Assembly: GCA_013239625.1 (NCBI GenBank) | Contig: MU054117.1 | Location: forward strand, 3,834,677-3,898,676 | DNA: 64,000 nt | Source of the DNA: Lama guanicoe | Lineage: Eukaryota | Direction: 5' to 3' | Shown here: positions 49,066 to 61,149 of the stretch, piece by piece | How positions within the stretch are numbered: the first letter of the stretch is position 1 | How the letters are laid out: the number at the start of each line of letters is the position of its first letter | Position numbers and translations under genes: made by a program | The notes under the pieces: model-generated | Databases searched by the model: none | What the model saw: only the letters and a program-made list of their open reading frames with translations | Told to the model about the DNA's origin: nothing

Positions 49066-49283
49066 TGTCTCAGTGTCTTAGGGTTGTCGTAACAAAGTAC
49101 CGCAAACTAGGTTGCTCCAAATTGTAGGCGTGTATCCCCTTACGGTTCTGGAGGCTCAGAAATCTAAAATCACGATGTGTGCAGGGCTGGTCCCCTTTTG
49201 GAGGGGGGGGCCAGAGGAAGTCTGTTCCTTGCCTCTCTCCTGGCTTCTGGTTCTTGGTGGCAATTCTTTGGCGTCCCTAGGCC
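49066..49283 (-). mobile_element. MaLR LTR fragment (MLT1C-like)
   Basis: 'ttagggttgtcgtaacaaagtaccgcaaactagg', 'ggttctggaggctcagaaatctaaaatcacgatg', 'tctgttccttgcctctctcctggcttctgg'. Confidence 0.85.
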
Positions 49284-50514
49284 CTGGGAGAATGAGTAGC
49301 CATGGGGAAAGAAAGGGTGGTGACGGTGGAACCCGGGCAAACCAAAGATGTAAGGAGACACAAAGGACGCAAGGGATGAACAGAACAAGAGAAGCCTGAC
49401 TATCGGACTCACAGAGAAGGAGTGAAAAAGAACACAGGACTTCTTAAGACTTGGGTCTTCTTAAGATCACCTAATGTACCTCCCGGAGAATCCTTGCTTT
49501 TATAAGGAGGAGGGTCGGGGTGTTCTCAGCAAGAGAAAGCATCTGGATCTCAACTCCCTGACTCTTCCTTCTATCCTGATGGTCCAGCTGGACGCCTCCT
49601 CTCCCACGTCAAGTCTCCATTTCCACTTTTCTTTAAGGACGCTGCTAGGTGGTGCAGGTCTCAGCAGAAGGTTCGGTAGGGCAGACATTTAAGAGGGTGC
49701 CCCCCATCCCACTCCAAGCAGCCTTCCTCCTCCATCACCACTCCTCAGACCCTAACCAAGGGGCTACGTCATGAGGTAGCTATCGGGCCTCCTCTGGGTG
49801 AATCACAAAGGAAGCCACTCCCTTCTGTCCGGGTCTTTGTCCTACCCCATGGACGGCACAGGCTGAGTGACTAGATCCGGCCGATTTTCCCAAGACAGTA
49901 ATGCTTTAAGGCAACGTCTGGGTGCCCGTTCCTTTGCATTGTAATTGGCACTCTAATGTTGAATTAAAATGGAATTCCTATGGAAATGTACAATATCTAA
50001 ATCAATACTTGCTGATTAGTGTCACGAGGATGAATATCGGAAGATGTGACAGCAATGGCGGGGCCCCAGCCAGAGCGGATAAAGCGGCCTGTGTCCATTA
50101 ACTCAAGCCTGACTCATGCTAAATTACAGTAAAATATCTGGGAAGCTCTGGCCAGAGCCACTTTAAAGCCCACAGAATGTAGCTTAATTAGCACCATGAT
50201 GACAAATGCAGGAAGAATTCATTACACCCAAAGACGCCTCACAGAGTCCAATTTTACAAACTTTGCCTTTTTCATTCACACAACGCCTTGAAGGCTGTGG
50301 GGAGTGCAAATTCCCTTGTGCTTCCGCTGACCTCGTGCTGAGTCAGGCCTCATGTGGGCATCAGGGAGTGAGCTCTCTCCATTTCTCTCTCCGTTTCTCA
50401 GCGCAGTATTCATTTTCCTCTTTTCCTCAATCATGTCTCTTGGTCTGTCTGTCTGTCTCCATCTGATTGTCTGTCTGTCTATGCATCACAGTGGCATGGT
50501 TATGAGCACACACT

Positions 50515-50732
50515 TATGTCAGATTCCAAGTTTCATTCTATTGCAGCCTTTTCCTACTCACATAACTTTGTGAAGGGTACTCTGTACCTCAGTTTTCCCC
50601 ATATGAAAAATGGGTCTAATAATCCTACCCACTTCCGGGGTAGGTATAAATTTCAAATGAGTTATTGTATTTAAAGGGCCTTCAATAGTGTCTGCACCAA
50701 GTAGCATGCAGCAAATGTGACACTATTATTAT
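50515..50732 (+). mobile_element. MIR SINE
   Basis: 'tctgtacctcagttttccccatatgaaaaatgggtctaataatcctacc...aaatgagttattgtatttaaag...ctattattat'. Confidence 0.85.
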
Positions 50733-50966
50733 TTTGTTCTTTAAAAAAGAAATGTACTCCAGAAGCAGTAGGATGGAAAAAAAAGACATCTGGACAACTC
50801 TGCCCTGTCAACACCTCCCTGCTCAGAAGTGCACAAAAGCATGGGGAGTCACAGAAGGAATGACCCACAACAGAGAACACTGTATCCAGCCCCGAGTCAT
50901 CGACAGATGAAGAATCTGAGGCCCGGGGAGGGAGGGTGACTTCCTGAGGTCAACCAGATGGTTCTG

Positions 50967-52730
50967 TTCCATTCAAACATTTATTAAGTGCCTACTGTGT
51001 CCAGACTGTGTGTCAGTTACTAGCCTACCATGATGAATTAGTTCCTGTTCTTAAGGAATCTACCATATTGTGAGGGAGCAAACACATCCACAAAACATTC
51101 AGATATAATTTGGCAAAGGGAGGTGATATGAAAGACAGTGAGATGCAGATGTTAAGAGGCTGGGGGAGCAGAGGAGTCCAACCTGCAGTTTAGAGGAGGC
51201 TTCTCAGAGGAACCCATGCTGGAAATTGGTTCTGGTAGAGAATGAGTTAGCCAGGCAGTGAAAGGAAGGGAAGAACATTCTGTGCATGAGCAACAGCACA
51301 GATATGCAAGAACATGGTGAGGATGGAGACCCACCAGTGGTTGGTCAATGCAGGAACATGAGGTCCAGGAACAGGGAGTTGCAGGAGATGAGATTAGATG
51401 GGGCTTTTATGCCTTGGCAAAGAGGTGGGAGTTATTTCTGCAGATAATATGAGCTTCTGAGGGATTAAGCAAGGGAATACTATGTTTACATTTAGATGGA
51501 ACATTCTGTTTTCATTTGGAGAGTGGATTTTGATGGACTAACATAGAAGGGAGGATTTCAAAAGGCTGAGTAAGAGCTAATAGGATCTGAACTAGGGCAG
51601 CAGAAGTAGAGACAGGAGGGACAGACTGGAAAAGTGATTAAGAAGTAAAGTGAGCGGGACTTGGTAGCTGGTCAGACGTGGGGGAGGAGAAAGAAAGGAG
51701 AGTGTAGGATGATGTCAAGCTTCTCACTTGGGTGAGAAGATGGGTGACAGAATTATGAGCTGAGAAAGTGAGACTATAGGAAAGAGGGGAAATAGAATGA
51801 GAAAAGACAGTTGGCCAAGACGAGTAGGCAGCTGGAGGGCAACTGTGACTCTTGGGGAGGAGAGTGGGGCTGGAGACAGGAATATGGTGGTCCTCGAGAT
51901 ACAAGGAGTGCTTAAAATAATGAGTTAGAAGAACATTCAGAGCATTTATCAGAAGCATAGTAGTGGGTCAAGGTCTTATTCTTGAAAACAGCATATTTAA
52001 GGGGAAGGCTGAGATGGCTGAGAGGTCTGCTACGGAGAAGTCAAGGAGGGGTCATCAAGGAGATGCCAGCTAAAACGCAAGAGACAAGTACCACAGATGT
52101 GGTGCTGAGGGAGTCAGGAGTTCATGATCGCAACGTTAGAGAAGAAGGAATGTCTGGCATCACAGGGCTGGAAAGCATCCCGTGGCTATAACCCATCCCC
52201 CCATGTGTGCTGCCCTTGGCTAGGGCAGTTGGAAGTGAAGCAGAGAGAGAGACCAGACTGAAAGGGGTTGAGGAGCGATGGGGTGTGAAGTGGTGGAGGT
52301 AATGAGTGTAGATGTCTATTTTAGGAGCACAATTATTTTTTTCAGAATGAAAGACAGGTTGTTTGGAGGAAGATTTGGAGTCATGAAAAGGGTTTTACGA
52401 GGAGAGGAGAGACTTGGGCATGTTTACTGGCAGACAGCAAAGAGCCAGGAGAAGCTGAGAGGCTGAAGACGTAGCAAGGGAAGAGGCAGCTGTTGAAGCA
52501 AAGTCTCAGGGAGACAGGAAGGGGTACCACCAGGAACCACAGGGAACTGGAGAGAGACACGTTGCCCTCTGACCCCAGAGGAAAGACACTGACTGCGAGG
52601 AAGAGTTGGCAAGTTTGACATCGTGATGGTGGAGGAGGTTGGAAGCCGAAGTACTTTATTCCTCATGGTCTCATTTTTTTGAGGAAGTAGGACAAGTTTG
52701 TGGTGCTGTGAGTGTGGCATGGGGTTCAGT
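50967..52730 (-). mobile_element. Long L2 LINE remnant (~1.8 kb)
   Basis: Starts with inverted L2 terminus 'cattcaaacatttattaagtgcctactgtgtccag'; continuous G/A-rich L2 motifs ('ggaggcttctcagagga', 'ggatgatgtcaagcttct', 'ccagactgaaaggggttgagga'). Right boundary approximate. Confidence 0.85.
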
Positions 52731-54509
52731 AATGGATGTGCGGAGGGAATACCCTGGTATATAAGGATCATCAAGCAATGCAGGGAGGCCAACTGAGGTT
52801 GGTGGCTGAGCAGGGGTTCAAGCTCAAGTCCGCAGGTTCTCGAAGGACGGCAGCTCTGTCGGAGCATTTAGCTTCAGCCTTGGTGGTGTTCTCACACCTT
52901 TGGTTTCCAGTGCCTGTATTCCTCATCGGATTCCAAAACAAGTCATTCTGCATCTACACAGCTGAGGACAAATTCCCGGAATTACTGCTGCTCGGCTCCG
53001 TGTTTGGACTTAGGTCTCTGTTAAGAAAGAATATTTACAATCCTGTTTATAATATAGGTATTGAGTCTGAGAGGCAGAAGTCTTCTCTAGCCTCCGTGTC
53101 CAAAGCCAAAATAATCAAGTCATTCAGCATAGCTGCTGCTCTTCATCCCGTAATCAATCCAAACTTCTTCAGATCTTCCTCCTCGTCATGGAATAGACAC
53201 CACGTTGGGAAATCAGGTCCTGTTTTGGTTCTCAGTAATCTGGAAGAACAGTGTACTTCAGTGCCCAGTGCCTAAAGAGCTGACTTCTTAGAAGAACTCA
53301 CAAAGGGTGAGGACAACCCCAAATTCATCTGTAAGCAGAGAGCTGTGATTGGTGACCTTTCCCAAAGCTGAGGGTCCTCTGGTGGTCAGCTTTCTTCCTG
53401 TGGGCTGAGATCCTGGGTTCACTGATGGTTCCTACAGCATGCTGGAAGCAGACGCAAGCAGGGCATAGATGATGGTGGTGAATCTGGGAGTGCTCGCTGG
53501 AGCCAGAGGGGGAAGGGTGAAAGGGGACGGTGGCGGGATTAAATGTGATTAGATGTTTTCCTGATGGAAGCTAAGGCAGGGTTCTAAACCCTGGAGGTCT
53601 GTGATGACACCTCCTGCACAGTCTGAATCACCATGAGCTACAAGTATTTGGTCACTTTGTCTACTCAGCCTTGGTGGCCACACTAGCAGGATCAGGAGTA
53701 CTCCATGGTGTCATTGTGCTATGTTGACACTTATGCAACTGTTTTAATAATGAAATTCCCTAGACCATGCTAAGACTTGACTTCAAATAAAGCAGTGTTT
53801 TTAAAGACCAAACTGTGGATCTTTAGGGGGAAAAAATCTAACCATCTCCTTCCACGTGGCACAGCACAGCAGCTAAGAGATTTGTCAGATTTTATGGACA
53901 ACATGCCTTTCGCTGCTGCCTGGAGGTGCTCAAGAGATGGTCAGTTCCTAAGGGGTCTTGGGGAAGATGCTGACAGGAGCGTTCTGTGTCTTTGGGAGGG
54001 GACCCGGGTAGACCAAGCTGCCAGACCCCATGATGGCAGAGGGCATCAGGAGTGACTCAGCGTGGCTGAGAGGCGTTGCCATGGAGATCCTAAGGAAAGA
54101 CCACAGAGCTTCTAGATCAGATGAGAACTTGAAACTGCATCTTATCTTCTCGCCTTTATCGTTCAAGATCTCAGCACAGCCATCCAAGAGATTCCAGGTT
54201 GCTGACACCACCCAAACTTCCCAAAGCACGAGATAGCTCTCCTTGGCACCCCTGTAGGCATTCAAATTTTCATTTACTTTTCCTTCTCGTCACTTTCAAA
54301 ACAATAAGCAGGTGTTCTCTATCAGCTCCCTTTTGTCTGTGCTGTTTTTGTTTTTGTTTTTTCGGTCTGTACTGTTGAAGAGGAAGACTGGCACACAGAA
54401 CCCTGAGGAGCTAACAATTGGCTCGGAAGGCATCCGTGCCAGAGAGGAAGGGGCTTTTTCGAGCCAAATGACTTAGGACTAAGTCACGGTTAGTCGCTGA
54501 GTGAGCACA

Positions 54510-54645
54510 GAACCGTTGGAAAATCATTTTAACTCTTTTGAATTTAGCTTTTTCGACTGTAAAGTAAGAATAACAATGTCTTGCCTCTGGGGTTTCCATG
54601 GCTCAAATGAGTTAATACACGAAAGTGCTTTATCAGCTGTGCAAT
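54510..54645 (+). mobile_element. MIR SINE (degenerate)
   Basis: 'ttggaaaatcattttaactcttttgaatttagctttttcgactgtaaagt...tcaaatgagttaatacacgaaagtgcttt'. Confidence 0.7.
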
Positions 54646-56096
54646 CCTCGTCAGACAGACGGGGTCACATCTGGACGCCGCGCCTGCGGCCCGAACGCAG
54701 GGAAGCCGGGCAGCTCTTCCAGCGCGCCCCGCGGACGGGCCCCCGGACCAGCCCCTGGACAGAAAAGGCGGCTTTGCCCGGCACCCCTCGTCATCAACTC
54801 GCTCCCTGGTGGGCTTATACTTCAAAACCGCACCTCAGAGGAGGTTGGGGTGTCCGACGAGGTGCTCTGGTGGGGAAGGGAGCCCCCAGCCTTCCCCGCC
54901 CCCTACCCGCCACCAGCCGCAGCCTCGGAGCGTGAGCCTCCCCGACGCTCACACTGCAGAGTGAGACCTCCAGAGAGACGCTGTAAAGTGAGTCACGAAA
55001 GGCCCGCTGTTCTCCCCTGGAAAGCAGGGGATCGCTTCACTTTGTGCACCGGGCTGGGAGAGACACCGTCTTAGCCTCAGAGTCACGTAATGTGAAGTAT
55101 TACTATTTTTTTTGTTGTTTTTTAACTGAAGGGTCCACTAGGATATTACATTTTCTTACCAGCCCGATCAGCTTACGCAATTTGGCTTTTAATGCCTCAC
55201 GGTCAGCTGGCGATCCTAGGAAACTACTTACGTTGCAGGAGACCCTGAACAGAACACAGAAAGCCTGCCTTCCCCCCACTCCACACCCGCACCCGACCCC
55301 AGCCCCGTCCGAGTCAGTCTCACACCGCGGTGACCGCCCCGGGCAGCCACGCCTAGTCACCAGAGGTGACACGGGGAGGAACGCCCTCACCGTCTCAGCC
55401 CTAGGTGGCCCCTGTTTTTGCAGAGATTGCTCTGGCTCCAGTAAGCCCTCTCACACGGCACCGAGAGGTCCGACAGGTGAGCTGTGTGTCACTGGACGCC
55501 CAAACTTTACCTAAGGACAGAGTGGGACGAGGCCCAGGTCAGCTACCGGACAGGGCAGCAGGACTCGTCAGGTCTGAGCCACGAGGCAGGGCCAGTCCTG
55601 GGGACAGATGTGCCATCCAAGCTCCCCAGGCAGGATGCCCCCAGCACGGCTCTGCCTGGGGGTGGGGGTGGGCTCTGTGTTTGGTTTAGGTGGGTCCTCT
55701 GAACTCCATCTTGTGGTGCTGGCTGAGAACGGACCTTCAGGGGGCCCCAGACCCCGCTGGCCTGCAAGGTGGGTTCTCTGAGCAGAACCCTGCAGGGATC
55801 TCTCACTTACCTTCGTGCCCTCCGGGTCCAGCTGATGGCTCGATGTGGGGTTTGTGCTTAGTGAACGTGGAGCGAATAAATGCGAGGCAATCCGGAGGCA
55901 GGCTCTGATCCTGGGTCTCCCCTTTTCTCTTCAAAATGGGCTCCCCTACTGCCTCCTCCCAACCCTTGACACAGTGGAAGCAGCAGAAAACATTCAAAGA
56001 ATACTTATATTATCTCAATGGAGTGAACCCTGTGCCAGCGTTAGAGAAAAATTCCTCCAAGGAAGAATGATTTCTCCCTCCTGCCTTCTCATGGCA

Positions 56097-56246
56097 TTTT
56101 CTTAAACAGCTTTACTGTGGTCTGGTTCCTGTGCAGAGAGCTGCGCATACTTCAGATGTACAATCTGATGAATTTTGATAGATGTCTACACCCATGAAAC
56201 CACCACCACCATCAAGATAGCTCACATTTCCATCACTCCCCAAGAG
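56097..56246 (-). mobile_element. Ancient L1 (L1MC/MD-like) 3' end
   Basis: 'aacagctttactgtgg', 'tgtacaatctgatgaattttga', 'acacccatgaaaccaccaccaccatcaagatag..cacatttccatcactcc'. Confidence 0.85.
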
Positions 56247-56418
56247 GTGCAAATATCAAACTCTGGATTTATCCCTTACCCCCTGGTAACTGTAAGTTTG
56301 TTCTCCATGTTTGTGAGTCTGTTTCTATGTGGAATCTAAAAAAAAAAAAAAAAAAGGATACAAATGAACTTATCTCCAAAACAGAAACAGACTCACAAAC
56401 ATAGAGAAAAACCCATGA
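56247..56418. mobile_element. Young L1 3' UTR fragment with internal inversion
   Basis: 56247-56326 is minus-strand L1 3' UTR; 56327-56418 is the adjacent upstream L1 segment on the plus strand; a 26-bp overlap forms an inverted repeat. Confidence 0.85.
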
Positions 56419-58260
56419 TATTTTTATATATTCTAGTGAAACATGGATCACACTTAATCACACTTTCAAAAAATTATGCTCGTTATCCATCCCTGTTGGC
56501 TTGGGAACTATGCAATGATGGGAGATACTGAGGACATGCATGACTTATGCCCGTTTGTGCCCTGGACCCTAACGACGGCCCTCGCACGGTCAGTGGCTGG
56601 GCGGCCCATGTACGCAGGGACACTGTCCCAGCAGCACTCGTGGCAGACCAGCCCTCCTGCCAGTCCACGTCCTGCTGGGGCGCAGAGTAGGTCTGTGGGC
56701 TCTGGAGGGTCCTGAACGCCAAACCTCCCAGCCCCCACAAGCTCCATCCTAGAGCACCCACGTGGCACGCGCCACCCACAGGACAAAAGCCAAGAATAAC
56801 ACAACTTTGGGCTCTTCCCTTTCAGGAAGCAAACATGTGTTTTCAGAGAATGGGAGGTCTTCTATCGTTCCACGGTCAACACAGAACCAGCAACCCTAAC
56901 TGTCGGAGCTAGAAAGGACCCCAAGTGGCCACCTGCCTTTGAGACAGCGAGCGGCTGTTATGGCTTTTGCCATGTTACAAAATCCACAGACTCACAGCCC
57001 CTCCCACGGGCACCATATGCACACTCACTCATCTTCAGTGTGTATGTGTACGCGCGCGTGTGAGCATCTAGGCACGCAGGCAAATGTCTGTTTGAGCTAC
57101 AGATGTCCTAACCGACATAAAGAGAGCGCACATTGTGGGAAAGTCTAATCCAGCACCCGGCTATTAGGCTGACCTGACCCTGAGCAGACTTTCGGAATGA
57201 AATAACTATAGATACGTGCCGATTGGCCCCCATTTCGTGATGGAGAGGAGCCAGCTAGAAAAATGGACAACCAAAAGCTGGGTGTTGCCAGACAACTTTA
57301 CTGGATGCTTCTCAGGTCTCTGTTTCTCTTTTCTCCAGGGAAAAAGGCCACCTCCTTTCAGGCAATAGGTGGAGGGAGAGATGAAGTAGAAACAGACTGG
57401 TTTCCAGGCGAACACTCTCTGCCACCAGGCGTCTGTGTTACTTTGGGCAGGTCACTTCCCCTCTCTGGGCCTGGGCAAAGCTGGGGCATGGAACCGAACG
57501 CAAGCAACAGTCTTCCTCTCTTCTTACCTTCTTCCGTCCTCTACGCGGCTCTCTTCTGCCTCGTGGGAGAGCACCTTCGGCCCTGTGAAAAGCCCATCCA
57601 GAGACAATGTGTGTTTTACAGTAGCTCCTCCTCCACGTGCTTAGTCCCTGATCTAGTAACTCCCTCAGTTTCCCACACCCGCGTTGCTAAGTGAAATCCT
57701 AGGCTGTTGGTTCTTGAAGGAGGTGGTGGAAATCCACACATGGACGTGCACTGGGCTGGCTGAATTTTCCTGCAGCCGATGGGAGAACCTACCTTCAAGC
57801 TGCCCCCTTTAAACAGGCTGTCAGAAATAAGCGAGGCGTGCAGACCAGGGAGACCAAAGAATATCAAGGATTTTATGATTTTAATTAATAACAAATGCAT
57901 CTTAATACTGGGTTAAGTTGGCTAAATACCATGTTTGTTGGTCAGCGGACAGAAATGCACAGTTCAAAAAGGGGCTATTTCAGCAGCAGAGACCTTATAA
58001 AGACTTCTTAATACAGCCCTTTGTTTTTCAAAGCAGGAAATTTCCACTCCAAGGAAGGGAAATGGATTTTCCGAAGGCAGCATGAAATAGCCATGTGGGC
58101 TGAATTCGAACCCAGTGGTGAATCCCAAGAGGAGCCTGTGAGTGTGACGGGGAAGTTGGGCGATGGGTAAGTATCTTTCTTCTCTTTCTAAACGCCCCGG
58201 GTGCCCTGGGTCACACGACCTTAGAGCAGAAGAGGGAATCTGATATAGGAAGCAGATCCT

Positions 58261-58330
58261 AATATATGTGTATACATGCGTGACTGGGACACTGTGTGGT
58301 CCACCAGAAACTGATGCATTGTAACTGATG
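58261..58330 (+). mobile_element. Very short camelid-type L1 3' tip
   Basis: 'aatatatgtgtatacatgcgtgactgggacactgtgtggtccaccagaaactgatgcattgtaactga', homologous to 2296-2363. Confidence 0.85.
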
Positions 58331-58335
58331 GCACA

Positions 58336-58503
58336 GGAAGGAAGGAAGGAAGGAAGGAAGGAAGGAAGGAAGGAAGGAAGGAAGGAAGGAAGGAAGGAAG
58401 GAAGGAAGGAAGGAAGGAAGGAAGGAAGGAAGGAAGGAAGGAAGGAAGGAAGGAAGGAAGGAAGGAAGGAAGGAAGGAAGGAAGAAAGAAAGAAAGAAAG
58501 AAA
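58336..58503. repeat. (GGAA)37(GAAA)5 microsatellite
   Basis: Perfect GGAA array 58336-58483, then GAAA x5 to 58503. Confidence 0.98.
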
Positions 58504-59677
58504 GGCAAATCCTGACCTTGACCTCTTGGAGCTTGTTAATTCCCCTTGTGTTCTAGGTGACAGGAAGCCATTGACCATGTTGTCCCAGACCAGGAAACCA
58601 AATGCAAAAGAGATGGAAGTGTGTATGTGAGGTCAGGGCAACGGAACCTTCCCGTGATTGTTACCTGACTGTTTATAAAACTCAGCCGCGCTCCACCGCT
58701 TGGGGGAATTTGAGTGTGATCTGAGTTTGCATACGGGGAGGTCAGGGCGCAAAGCGCTTACGGCGGGCTGAGCAGTCGGCCTCACGTCGCCCAGCTGGTC
58801 AGTGGAAGATGTGGAAGAAGAGTGCAGTTCGTCCACACGAGTGAGAAGGACTCTGCCTGCGGAAACAGGCATCTTTAGGGCGAGCCCCGCAGTAGGCTCG
58901 GCCAACCTTGGGACCCCGGTGAGCAAGGCCCTGGGCAGCTGAGGGCAGGGGAACGAGCGGGGCAGAGGGGCAGCTGTGTTCAGTAGCCTCGCCCGTGGGC
59001 CACGCCGTGAACGTCTGTCTGGAGCAGGGATTAATCTGGACTTAGGCCACATAGTTGGCAACCAGCGAGGACTGTTTTACCGAACACGTTGACGGCCGTT
59101 GCTTCAGTGCGTCTTGATACCGTAAATGTCAGATCACTCGGCGATTGCTTTTGCCCTTTTATAAACTCCTTTTGACACAGGCGCACGTGTTTTGCGTGCT
59201 TAGCCTGCACAGATGCCGTTCGGGAACCGGCAGCCGCACGCTCACCCAGACCTCCGGGGCGACGCGGAGCCTGCCTTCCCGGCACCGGCAGCCCGCGGCC
59301 CCAGGCCAGAGACGGTGGACTCTGCGCTAAGAAAACCCGGTGACAACGACCCAGTGACAACAACCACAACTCGCTATTCAAAACTGCATCATCCGGCGGC
59401 GTTTTTTCATTCTGTTAAAGAATTATCTGCAAATTTTTTTTCTGACGATTGAGATTATTTAATATATGTCAAGCACGTTTTCAGTTTTCAAAAAAAGCTT
59501 AACATCTTGGGTCTCTCTCAGTGCTTCTGTGTAGAAAGTGTGGGGCTCCCGAAATGAGGATGGGAGGACGCGCCTGGGACGTTCATAAATTCAAGGCAAA
59601 ACGTTGAAACCATCATGCCATACATGGAAAGCACCGTAGCACTTCGAGGCACTTTTAGGTATTCCTCGCACGATTAT

Positions 59678-60400
59678 AACAGCTCATGTTTTTGAGAACC
59701 TACCACGTGTCAGACTTTAATTTAAACATTTTTATTTACATAGCTTCTCACAGCAACCCTATGAGGTCTGTATTATTGTAACTTCCTTTTTATAATGTGG
59801 AAACTGCGAACAACATATATTGCAGCCAAATCAGTAAACAGAGGATGCTGCGGCCAGCAAGTCGTCGGCCACCGCCGCTGTCCCCAGCGGTGAGCCCAGA
59901 CGGAATGCAGGATGCAGACAAGCAGGCAGCCCGCCTCTGCAGCCGCCCCCCACCCATCAACGGTGCCCCCGAGGGGACTTAGGACGGGGAAGAACAGGAT
60001 GCTGGCCCTAGACAGCTAAGGTGCTCATCAAAGGGGTGATTGCAATGAGCCCAGACTCTTGCATCTTCCCATATGTAGAAAAGCGCTAAACACCTTAACT
60101 TGGGGTGTCTGATTTTCTTAAATTAACATCATCTTTTGATGTTCCGGACCACCTGGTCTTTGTTGCAAAAACTCCTGTGTATCCTGGCTCCGCCTGCCCT
60201 CTTCTGAGCAGTCCCTCAGAGCTGTCTGAGAGACCACTTCTGGGGCTTGAAGTCCTAGGAAAGTCCACCGAATAAAACGGAGCTCTCAACTGTTACGTTG
60301 TGCTTTTTCTTTTCTTTTCAGTTGGCAAAACCGAAGCATCATAACGTTAAGTAACGTGTGCAAGAATTCCCGGGAAAGTCAGAATTCAAACCCAAGGCCC
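59678..60400 (-). mobile_element. MIR SINE split by an LTR insertion
   Basis: Left half ends 'tcacagcaaccctatgagg...ttttataatgtggaaac'; right half resumes 'aaaccgaagcatcataacgttaagtaac...gaattcaaaccca'. Confidence 0.75.
59805..60328 (+). mobile_element. ERV1-class solo LTR (524 bp)
   Basis: TG...CA termini, 4-bp TSD AAAC (59801-59804 and 60329-60332), AATAAA at 60271-60276 followed by a T-rich U5-like end; resembles cetartiodactyl LTRs, family name not assigned. Confidence 0.85.
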
Positions 60401-61149
60401 AGGGCATGGCTGTCATGACAACGTCCCTGGGAAAGGGGTTTTCCCGTTCTACCAAGGAGAGAAATGAGCCCAAGAAGGCGTGCAAGTTTACCGAGACCAC
60501 CTGGCTGGCTAGTGACGTCAAGGCCGGGTTCTTCCCCGAGGGGGCCTTGGAGGAGAGACTGCGGGAGGGTGGCGGGAGAGGGCCCTCCCTCCCTGCAGAG
60601 GGGTGTGGAGTCTGTCTGCCTGCCGGCAGCAAGGGCCTCTCTGGTGGGACTGTCCCTGCCATGTGGGGAGTTGGCCCCAGGCCATTGGTTTGAGGCAGAC
60701 AAGCAAGAAACAAAGAGCAACAATGGGGGAGTCAAGCAGCCTTTGTCTCCAACAGGCAGCTGGCACAGCACTGACCTTTAAGACTTCAGAGGAGGCTTGG
60801 CCCATCGTCACGCAGACTGCATTTTGAAGGCTGGATGGAAAACGTCAACTGCGCTCCGGCTCTGCCCTGGCCCTTCTAAACAGCAGCCCTGACCACTATT
60901 TACTGAGCCCAGTTACGCGCAAGACGCTGTGCTGGTTCCCACATGACTTTGAGCCCGGGATCACCCCCTTTAAAGCCGGTAGCACTGTTACTGACTCCTT
61001 TTTGCCCACGGGGAGACCGAGGCCCAGAGGAGCGAAGGGACTCGCCCAGGGTGGTCCAGCTAGTAAAGGCAGAGGCGGCATCTCCTCCCTGCGCCATGCC
61101 GCTCCTCAGAAGTCAAGTCCAAGATGGAGTTTCTGTTCTGACTCCCCAG

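Noticed and set aside
57964..58630. ORFs with (SFLP)n and (EGRK)n repeats
   Set aside because: They are translations of the (GGAA)n microsatellite.
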